Shown here: piece by piece, positions 27,801 to 39,800 of the stretch
Layout: each line of letters begins with the position of its first letter
Position numbering within the stretch: the stretch's first letter is position 1
From: Gammaproteobacteria bacterium
Lineage (GTDB): Bacteria; Pseudomonadota; Gammaproteobacteria; S012-40
DNA: 64,000 nt
Assembly: GCA_029883265.1 (NCBI GenBank)
Contig: JAOUJM010000001.1
Coordinates: forward strand, 10,511 to 74,510
Reading direction: 5' to 3'
Translations under genes and position numbers: made by a program
Notes under the pieces: generated by a model
The model's database searches: none
Seen by the model: only the letters and a program-made list of their open reading frames with translations
What the model was told of the DNA's origin: nothing

Positions 27801-30800
27801 CATTGTAAACGCTTGAACGATAAACAGAAGGAGCATTGTTATCAGTGATTGATGGCAGGATCTCTTTTGTCGCATTTCCGTTACGATCATAAGCATATTC
27901 CTTGACCACACCATCGCTGTTAGTTTTAATCAGGTTGCCGTTGCTGTCATATTCAAAAAACACTTGCCTGGCTTTGTTAGCTTCTGGACGTGATAGTTGA
28001 AGTGTATTTCTTTCGTATGCGCCCTGAAACGCTGCTTTTTCATAGCCATTGTATTCAGTGTATTTGTTCTCAAAGTAAGCATAGACAGAAGAATTTTTCT
28101 CTGTCCTTTTTCCACTGACTATGTTCCTATTTAGTCTATCATAAATGTATTCCGCGATATCTGTAAAAAGGTTTCCATCTGCATCATGTCTATTTAGGCT
28201 TTGGGTTCTAACATTACCAACAGCGTCGTAAGTATACTTGTTATTGGCACCATATTCTTCACTAACATTGGCATTGAAGTTTGCATCCCAATCCTCCAAC
28301 AACCTCCCATCAACTCCGTATGAGAATTTTTGTATTTGATCAAGGTTCGCAAGAGAGGGAGCACCATTAAGAGGAATATTTCTAGACTCACTGTCTTTCT
28401 CAGATGCAATATTTCGCGCCTCGATCACATTCCCATGTGCATCATATATATTTTTTGTAGATTTAAGACCTGATTTTTTTGTTAAGAGGCGACCTAAAAC
28501 ATCGAAACTATAATTTGTAGTATTTGACTCCGCGTCTACTATAGTGGTTATATTTCCCATTACGTCATAGACATATGCAGTAACACTATCTTCAAGCACT
28601 CCAGATTGCATGTTACCGTTACTAAAAGAGTATGTTTGAAAATTTTCCAAAGAATCCGTTTTCAGCCTATTTAATTTGTCGAATGAATAATTTTTAATTC
28701 TCGAATCAGAATATTGATTATCTCTTAAATCAACACTTTCTATCACAAAATTGTAACCACCATTCGTTGCAACGTTCACATTAGACAAATTAATCGAACC
28801 GCTTTTTATTACTCGATCGTTATCTTGCAGAATATATGATACCGTTGCTCTTCCACTAATGTTACCGACATCAAAAAATGCTTCGCCATTTTCATTCACC
28901 ATAACATCTACTGGTGTAGCAGTCGTTTCACCTTCTCGCAGCAGGCTCGCGCTCCAGACTCCACCAACATAATCAACGTCACTAATCTTCAAACGATTGA
29001 CATCAAATGCTGAGTATCCGGAATGCCAGCCTTGTGATCCAAGCATAAGATTCGTATCCACTCTTGCAATTTCAAAAGAGTCTGAATTGCTTATAAGTGT
29101 GATAACAAACTCTTTGATTTCACCAGTATTATATGAACGAAGAGGTATTGTCCCTTTGGTAAGGATTGTCGTAGTAGGAAAAGTTGTGTGATAAGTGCCA
29201 TCCGCTCTCGCAGCTCGAATAACGTAATAGTCGCCTTGTTTTAAGGTGGGAAGATTTATTTTTACGTACATCACAGAAGGCATCCCATCGCCTACCTGCC
29301 AAAAGTAAGGATAAAAGTAACCTTCCTCCAAATTGACTTGAACGATTCGATCCTCGTAACCGTTTGTTTCAAACTTCTCAAGCACTTCTAATAAAGAAGT
29401 ATTTTCATCCACCACATCTCTTAAACGTATCGAAGCCTTCTCTTCTCTAATCGCATTATTGAATGCATCGTAATTCCACTGGGTTGCATATCTTAGTGCA
29501 TCAACTGTGACTCTTTTATTACCTTTTTTATCATAATAATGAAAAATAGAATTTTCGTTTCCATCTACTTCTCTTACTAAGCGGCCTTTATGGTCATAGT
29601 ATTTCCGAATCACCGTTTCGCTGACATAATTTTCTTCCTTAATAAATTGATCATCACCAGGATCACCAATGGGCACCATTCTATCTTTTTCATAACGATG
29701 CTCTGCCGGAAGTTTTGTCTCCACAATTTGATTAAATGCATCATAACGATGTGTTAGTTGCATGTAGACATTTGAGACTGTAAATTTGTAAATCGAGTCT
29801 GCGAAGGTTGCAGTATCACGATATTTTCGCTCTTCAATAATATTACTCACAGAATCATAGGCAAACGTTTTCAAGAACCCTTCCGCATCGTGGGTGGCTA
29901 TCCGTCGTCCTAAATTATCATAATAATGCTGAGTTATGTTTAGATTTGCATCAATTTCACGGACCAAATTGCCAACAACATTGTATTTTTGTTCGATTGT
30001 GGTCGTTATACCCACGCTATCACCGGCACTCAATTTTATTCTATGGTTTTCCGTTTTAACCAGTAAGTTTAATTTGTTATAGGTATAGCTTCGACTTCGC
30101 TCTTCCTCCATGCCCGCTGCTTCTCGTGAAATGCGCCGGTTTCCGAATGCATCGTAACTGAACTCATTTGTTTGTCTTTCAAAACCTGTAGTTTCAAAAT
30201 CGATAAAAGGCAGCAAGAATCGCCCATCCATGCCTACCTCAATGGATTCACGATCGCTGATTCCACCTTTGTTAGCAATCGGCAAATACTCACTCGTCAA
30301 ATTTCCTTTGCGATCATAATTGTAGTGGTATTGATAACCAAGCGAGCGTTGGTAGTCTGGGTCTAGAACATTTGTTATAGGTTGATGACCTAGTAATTTT
30401 CCAATCTGATTTCCAAACGCATCATAATCATATTTTTCTTTTACCGATTCTGCATTGGTTAATTCAGTTTTGCGGTTCAGTTGATCGTAGTTCAGTAAGG
30501 TCTTTTGATCTTTATCAGTATTAATCTCCAAAAAGGTTTCGAGAATCTGACTTTCCGTGGTGTTGTCATCAACAGTATGAGCGGCCGCAATTGCGGTTGC
30601 ATATTGCATCGTACCCGTTAGATTACCCATTCCATCATAGGCTTTGGTTGTCACATAACGCTCAGGATCAACCACCAAAGTATTGCGATCAAGCTTATCG
30701 TAGTAAAAATAACTTATTGTGTCATAGGGTTCAGTAATTTTAGTAATATTACCAAACGCATCATAATCGGTTTTCTTCAATTCAAAAATATTGACGGTGC

Positions 30801-33800
30801 TACCAGCGCCTTCCTTAATCACTGATGCCGTCTTACGATTTAGCTGATCAAATGTCTGATACGTTGAATAGTAGTTTAGTAATGTATCTTTTTGATCCTG
30901 TGTTAACTGGATATAACTTAAGTTTGTAGTTGCCGTTAAACCGAGAATTAATTTACGTTCATTATCAGCCCAATCAGAATCAGTTTCTGTAAGCTCAATA
31001 CCGCGTGGATCAATAATCTTTGTCTGATTACCAAACGCGTCATAACCGAACTCACTTGAATAGGCCATTTGAGTTTGTGGATGTGCGGTATCAAGATTAG
31101 CTACAACACTGGCAGCCTCGAGATAAACTGTACGGCGTGTTAACAGACCACGCTGACTAAATTCTTGCGTGGTGCGTTGCAATTCATCACCACTGATATT
31201 GAGTCGCTTAACAATCGACGTTGTATTACCAAATGCATCGTAGCCATACTCCGTTACCAAGTCTCCATTCTCATCAGTTGAATGCGTCGTATACGACACA
31301 TTCTCAAGTATCTCTTGATATAATCGCCCGGCATCATCGTATACATAACGGGTACTGCGATCACCACTTGTTGTATCACTATTTCTATACAATAGGTTCG
31401 TACCACTAACTAGTAGTTGAATATCTCCCTCATTTCGAACATCAAATCGTTGTGTTGCCAAGGTGGCGACACCACTTTCTGGAAAACCTTCCGCTGTTGT
31501 ATCGTTAACAACCTGTAGTTGGTTAGCGTATTGAGTTACCCGAGATAGAAGATCACCTGTATATTCTCGTCCAGTGACATAACCCTCTGCATCGACACTG
31601 AAACTCACTCTACCTGCAGCGTCGTACTGTTGAAAACTAACACGGTCTTTACCACTCGTCGCCGTAACAAGTGGCGTTGTTTCAGTGACATCCACCACTT
31701 GTCTGTTCAGAGTATTAATACGCGTTTCTAAGTAGGTGTTCCACTCAGCGGCTGTAGGAGTAGAGTCTTGATAGGAATTAATAGTGAGTGCCTGATAGAA
31801 ACGCGAAGCAACAATTGCCTGTCCCAATGCATCGTAGCTTGTCTGATTAACATACCCCAAGGCGTCTATCGAGTAAATCTTGCGTCCGGCATTATCATAA
31901 AAATAATGATTAATCTGATCAGTAGACGAATTACCCGCTAGGTTTCCTCGAATAGTCGCCTCTTTATAATCCGCAAATGTAGTTTCTTTTGAGGCATAAC
32001 GCATGCTAAGAATAACTTGGCCACTAGCGTCATAACGTTTTTCATTGACGTAGCCCATGGCATCCACGCTATAACGCAAACGGTTTAGCTTGTCGTAAGC
32101 AAAGTGATCGCCCTGATCATTTGCAATAACATCGGGACGTTTCTGGAGAATTGTTTGCGCGAGTAATTCAGTGTTAGTGCTATTTATCGTAGCAAGATCG
32201 GTGGTAGATACTGAATTAGCCAGCCTAGATTGACGAATCACATTACCATTGTCGTCATACTCGTACACAGTATAGTTGCCCACTGCATTTACCGTTACAG
32301 TCAGGCGACCATCGTCATCAAAAACTGAATAATCAACGATATCTTTTGCAAGGTCCGCTGATGCCGAGACTAAACTCAGAATGTCGGCTTCCGTTGAATG
32401 ATCATCAAGAGTAGTTGTGGATATGGGCAAGGCATACTGAATTGTCTTAACCTTGTCCCCTCTGTCGTTATACACCGACTCAACCACTACTGCTAGCTGA
32501 CCTGTTGGAATAGGATCCAATTCCATGTATTCAAAATCAAGAACGTCAGCATTCTTGATGGAATAACGTAACCGATTAACATCATCATAAACATATCTCA
32601 TGGAGTGTGAGGTATCTTCCGCGCTCAAATCGGTAGCGAAAGCAACTTCTGAGGTTTCACTAAATGCACCAAGGGCCGGGGTAAATGGTAGAACTGTAGC
32701 AACACTTAACTCTAAACCATTACGCAATAGAACTAACTCATATGTAAAGCCGGATCGACCTCGCCTGTAACGCCCAAAATCAGAGTCAGCTGGAGAATCA
32801 TAAACCGTAGTTCCATTCTCTTTTAACAGAATCCGGTCGGTTGCTAAAGAAGTTACATTTGACCACATCACATAGTAACTTGAGGTTAGCGTTTGATCAT
32901 CAAAAGCATAATTCAATGTTAACGAGCCACTCAATCCGCTAACATCTACTCGTCTGTAACCCTCCACCTTACGCACCATATTATCCGCAGCATCATAATA
33001 ATATTTAGTAGTAATATTTAACCCACCCGGATCAACAATCGTATCTGTGCGTCGACCTAAGTGATCGTAAATGTATTGTGTTTCCCTGGCTTGTGTACTA
33101 TTGGCGCCTTCGGTAACCGTTAATTGACGACCTTCTGCATCATACGTATATTCGGTCCGCAGATTTAAACCACCATTGACGGCATCAACAACGACGGCTA
33201 ATACATTACCCGCACGATCATATTCGGTATCCGTATGTACACCGTTGGCATCAATGGTTGTAACTTTGCGACCCAGACCATCAAAGACATACTGGGTTTG
33301 AATATTCAGTCCAGTCTCATTGTCACCCGTAGTGTGAATCGTCATGGGATCAACGGTACGGGTCATCACCCGATTGGCGGCATCATATTCAAACTTGGAA
33401 TAGACACCATTTTTATCCACGGTGTGGGTTAATCTTCCCGCCTTGTCATACTCACTAGTTATTGTGTTATTGAGCATGTCAACCACTTTAACCAGCTTGC
33501 CATTGGTATCATAATGATACTCTGTACCATCATTTGAATTTGCTGCCGACTGATTGCCGTCAATGATTTTAATCGTTTGACCATTGCGATCCGTAATGGT
33601 CTGTGTCTGAATCAATTCAGGCGTCGTCACCGTCAAGGTATGCGTCGCATCATCATACGCATAAGTGGTTACATTCAAAAATGCATCGGTCATGGTCAAC
33701 ACTCGACCAAAGGCATCATAAGTTTGTGAACGTGATACGTCTAATGCATTCCTTGTTTGTACCTGTCGCCCCAGACGATCATATCCAAACTGAGTGATGT

Positions 33801-36800
33801 TGCTATTACCATCGGTTGATTGAATCACACGACCAAACGCGTCATAGGTTCGCTTGGTTTCGATTTCGAGTCCAGTATGACCCGCGACAGACACGTCTTT
33901 AAGGGTTGAGGTTGAAAGACCGCGACGATCATAAACATACGTGTCGCTACGACTCGTTTGCCCGGTAAGTGCTTGACTGACAGGTATCAGCGTAGGATCT
34001 TGCTGCTGCACCGATGAACTTATTTGACCGAACGCATTGTATGCATATTCGGTGCGTTGGCCTTCGCCATTGATGGCCCGCCATATGGCACCGCGAAGAT
34101 TGTAAGAAGACTGAGTTCGACTATCGACCATCGTATTTCCACTAAGCCTATCAAGAAAAGATGGAGTTACCAAGCCACCGGTCAACGTATTACTATTAGT
34201 GATGCGGGTGGAGTACGCAACGGTTTCTTTCACTTCACCGAATTGGTTATAGCTCAATTCGTTGACTTCGGCGACATTACTCAAAACCTTACCACTTTCA
34301 TCCAGAGTACCGCTGACGTCCTGTGCAGTAAAACGCAAACGACCATTATCATCATAATAGAACCAAGTTCGATGATCGTTTTGATCTTTGGTCGACGTTC
34401 TTAATCCTTGCTCGTTATAGGTATGAGTAACTCCATAGATTTCCCAAAGTAAATCTAATTCAGATTCACTAGGATTTATTAATGTGTCAAGCTTGGCGAT
34501 ACCTTGTGCATTAAGTTGCTCACCAATTAAGCGTCCTTGAATATCATAACGTAACAACGACGACCGCTGGTTATGAGTATAAGAAAAACGACCCGGCAAA
34601 TTCAGCATTTCCCCAACCGTTGGGGAAGCGGCACCCATGAGTTCCGCAAACGCCACAAAAGCATTGGCATTCGCTGTGTGATAAACCGATCGAACAATGC
34701 TTTCCCACGTATCACCTGATTGTACGGTATAACCATTTTCTGGGGCTAAACTGACATCAAGATCGGCAAACTCAAGCAGAGCATTGAGGTAGGAATCTGT
34801 TTGTCGAATCAGATTACCCACGTCATCGTACGCATAACTCGTCACTAACCCATCAACAGAATTAGTCACTGTTTCCATCTGATTTAATTCAGTGTAAGTC
34901 TTAACAATCGTTTTATCATTCACATGCGCCAATCGTTTCTGAATCAAACCATGCGCAACACTAACGGAATATGTATCTGGTGTTGCAACAACTTGCTGAT
35001 GTTCGCCTGTGGTAATGGATTGTATTTGCAGATCACGGCTCGTAAGATCATTATTCACAAACGTTAAATCAATCGTGTACGTATCCCGCTGATCAAACAA
35101 TGCATTAATCTGGTAGTCTTTAAAGTTTTCGCTGTCGACAACAATACTGTCAACCAGTACTCCATCGACGCGTACTTCCATGATCGGATATGTTCCATCG
35201 GCCGGAATGCCTTTCGCGCTTATGATTAATGCTTTGTTGTTGTAACGTATGCTTTCTGTCTCGTTGCCGTTTAGGTCATAGGAAAATGTACTTAGGTAGC
35301 CTTCTGCATCATGATTGGCAATCAACTGGCCTTTGGCATTGTAGAAATTGTAGCTATATTGATCTTTGGCTAAATTTCTTACGATAGCATCCTTCAATTG
35401 CTGTAAACTTGCACTGGCTAAATTCGCAGTACTGCGATTCGCATAGGCGCTGGTTTTCACCACTTGCCCTGCCGCATTATATTCTGTCTCGGTTAAGTAA
35501 CCTTCCGCATCAAGCGTCGCAACAAGTTGTCCATCATTGTTATAGAAAAACCGAGTGCGTCGATCGTTATTCGCATCTTCGTTTACATAAGTACCTGTTG
35601 TTGAATCGAGAAAATATTCTGCTCTGGGGTTATTCGGCATCCCAGTGATAACAAAAGGATTCGCATAAGCAATACTGTGAGTGAGTTGATTACTTCCATC
35701 ATAGAAATGTTGAGTAACTGCAACCCGTGTCACATCATTGTCATACGGCGTTAATTGCATCACCAATCGATCTGCATCGTCGTAGATAAAATAGTTGATT
35801 CGGTCGCTGGGGCTGCTATTGGGTTTGATTGCGCTTAACTCATAGAAATTGCTGCCTGCAACATAGGGATAATTGACGATCGACTGGAGGACTGGCGTCG
35901 AATATTCAATGGTTTTTATTACCCGTCCCGCATCGTCATAAACGGTTTCAGTCAACCCGCCTTCTTTATCCACCGTCGCCACTAAACGATTTGTAGCATC
36001 GTAGTAATTTTGGGAATAGTTGCCGGTTTGATCTATAGTCAGGCGCAGGTTGCCGGAGGAATCATACTTGTATTCAATTGTTCCCAACGGATTCAACTGA
36101 CCATCCTGCTGAGATTGTGATATGGCATAACCGTGTGAATCGTACACAGTGGTTGTCTGCAATTCATTTGCATCGGTTCGAACAATTTGATTTCCGACAT
36201 CATCATAGAAATAAGTCGTCGTATGATTCAGTGGTTTGTTTGATGCCAGTAATCGTCCTAATCCATCATAGGTGAACGTTGTAATAAAGTCTCTTGTTTC
36301 ACCCGTTGCTGCTGCTTGAGCCTCAATCGTTTCAATGAGAATGCCTTGGGCGTCATAAACAAAATGTGTGGTACTGGCAGTGGTAGTGACGCCCGCACCG
36401 GTCGTTGGATTAATCGAATCAAAGGTGGTCACCGTGCTTATATTGCCGCGGAAATCATACGTCGTATCACTGCGCTGTAAAATATTGCCCACGTTAACAA
36501 CCGAGTTGTAGGGCGCTTGATTCAATAATGTTGCGGATATAGGTGTAGCGGGATCTAAAGCACTGGTATCAATATGCCCCTTATAAAGGATTTGGCTGAT
36601 TTGTCTCCCTTGCGTATCATATACATATTCATTGACGACACCCTCGGAACTAACTGTAAATACCAAATGTTGCTCTGCGTCATAGATATAAAAACTACTT
36701 TGTGCATCTGAGGCACCGACACCACCGGTCCCAGTGTTATTGATATCCGCACCATCGGGGTCATTCACGCGATAACGGGTTTCGGAAATAATTTGATTAA

Positions 36801-39800
36801 CATCATTATATTCATAATCAACACGCACGCCTTCACTATCAATCATTGACGTACGATTGCCCTGATCGTCATAAGCAAAACGCGTTATATTGCCATTTTG
36901 ATCGGTAATGGACGTTATGTTATCGCTGCTGCGACCATCCTCATCATAACCATAAACCATCCGATTTTGATTTTGGTCATAGAACTCATGTAATCGATTC
37001 TGCTCATCAAGAAAATAATTCGTCTGTGTATTGCGAGTCAGATCCTCAACCATCGTCCGGGTGGATGTTGTTTCATTTTTCACATAATAGAAATTGAGTG
37101 GCATGATTAAATCCATGCCTTCGACGAGTGAGGTGACGCCCTGCGAGGCAAAATATTCCTGCAAACTCACAGCGAGTTGTTCGTCGCCATAAATCGCAAA
37201 CGCAATGTTTTCCCAAGTGTCACTCGCACTAACCGTGTGAAAGGGTGGGAGCGTAAACTCTTGATAAGTGGGTGAAAAGAAATTGAAGGTATGACTACTC
37301 AGATTATTTTCAATCAGGCCACCACCCACACTGCTCCAGTCATTCCATAGATAAAAGGCCTGTCCTTGCTCGTCCAGTGATAAATCGACCAGAACTTTAT
37401 TACCAGTTCCCACACCATCTTGAGCAACTTCGTCACTCCAGCCACGACCGGGAACATAGTATCTGCTTTTAACAACTGCGGCGCCCGACGCACCATCTTC
37501 CCAAAGTGCGACGATACGCCCTTGTTTGTCCTGCTCAATTCGGTAATCAAAATAATTCGAATTACCTCTGGATGTAGCGCCGAGTAATTTAGTGTCACTC
37601 AAACCGTTAACAGAATCAAAAACTCGCGTATAAAGATTGCCGCCATTCTTCCACGTCACCAACCATTGATCACCATCCAACTTGAAGATTTCTGGATTGA
37701 TATTCGTGTTATATAAAGTGCTTGAAATCGTATCGACAACAAAACCCGTTGACCAAGCAGCGCCGCCTTCTGAATACCATAGATTGATTTTTGGACTGGA
37801 GGCCTGTACAAAAACCATAAGTCGATTACCCAAGCCATCACTTTCTAACTTAATATTGTTGCCACCATCTAGTACACCAAAACCCGGAATACTTAACTTT
37901 TGTGATGCAGCCCATCCTGTAGCTACCGAATAGCGCATGGTGCGAACTGCTCGGGAAATTTCCCAAACCACTTCCAAACCACCATCGGGGAGAACAGTGG
38001 CATTAAAATCGGCGTTGTAGGTGCCACCCAGATAGGTTTCACCAATCCAACCCGATCCCAAAACATAACGATCGGCTTTAATGGGTTGTGGATTGGTGGA
38101 GGTATTACCTTCAGTCCATACTAGATAAACATCACCATTATGGCCTTGATGTAATTGAAATGGTTTCCATTCGGGAAAGCTCACCGGTGCTTTAACAGTG
38201 GGTGCGCTCCAACTATTCGTTGATGCATCATAAAACATCACCATTAAATTGCCGGAGGTATTGGCAAGATTCATTTCATAATATGCAACGGTAATATTGC
38301 CCGCGTCATCAATTAATACCTGGGGCGCTTCCATACGCGTGGACATTGCTTGCCCATCCACCAATGTTATTGCAGCTTGCCAATTTACATTAGTACCGCT
38401 TTGTTGATAGCGACTGATATATAGACTTTTAGATTGTGCAATACTTTGATCGGCCAAGACATCATTATCAATCCAAACTGCCACACCCTGCCCGCTGGTG
38501 TTAGACGCTACATCGATACTTTCTTCCGCTTGCGCCGATGTGCTATACACGGTGTTGGTTGCGACGGCGTGTTCCGCATTGCTTAGCCAACCAGGATAGA
38601 AATCACCGGCATAAACAATCTTTGTAGTCTGTAATTGTTCTGGAAGGGCGATAGCAGAGGCAACTTTATTTAAGTCGAGATTAATGCTTTTGTTTACAAA
38701 TTCACCACTAACTATTTCCGACCAACTCAGTAATCCGAAACCTAGCTCATTCACACTTAGATAAGGACCATAAATACTACTGTCACTTGCGGCCACCTGA
38801 CTCGGACTTGTCCAATTTGCACCATCAAGTGAATAACGCACGAAAAGCGTGCTCGGACCATTTTGTTCACGCCACACCAGTGCCATTCGACCTTGATCAT
38901 CTTGATGAACCTCATAATCAAAATAAAGATAATGACTGGTGAAGCTTTGCTGGGTCGCCACGGATGTTGTTGTCGACCAGCCCGTTGCTGAATCAAATCG
39001 CTTGGAAAACACTTCCTGGTTATCCTTCCAAAACAACACCCAATTGCCTTCCCCTTGATTGAGCAGTTTTAGATCCTTATTGCGATAGGTGCTTGAAGTT
39101 AATACGCTATCGATATTTTCAGTGGTTGTGGTATCACTCATCGCATCATAATACGATGTACCTAAAACACCGGCGTTGTACCACACCATGAGGCGGTTTC
39201 CTACAGTGTCGCTATCGTGGGCGATATTTGCATAGGTATTTGTAATGAACTGATTCTGGGTTGGTTGAACACCGACGCCTGCAATGTAGTCAGTAACTTT
39301 AACAAGATTGCCTCGCGACCAGGCAACGCTCGCATTACCCGACTCGGTGACATCTAATACCGGATACAAATTGAAAGTGGTACCATAGAGACGATCATTG
39401 ATAAATTGCGCGCCCGTCCAACCGGATCCCGCGACAAATCTATCCAAAACAATATCATTGTATTCCGGCGAGGGACTGTCTTGGTTGTACATCAGATAAA
39501 AAGCCCCGGTTCCACCGGTTTTCAGCTCAAAAAGCCGTTTTGAGTCGTAATTTGCAGCCATGTTCTGAATGGTATGTTGCTGCTCGGATTGCCACGTTTG
39601 TGTTGCCGCATCGTAAAAACGTGTCATCAAATAGTAATTACTAGACGTCAGCTCAGCACCATCATTCTCCTGCCACGCAATCATGGCATTACCTGCATCA
39701 TCAATGGCGACCTTAAGATCATAGAAAGTGACGGTGGGTGTGGTTTGTCCTATGGCAGGTTCGGCGCCAACAGTAATGCTTTTTGGTTCACCCCAGGAGC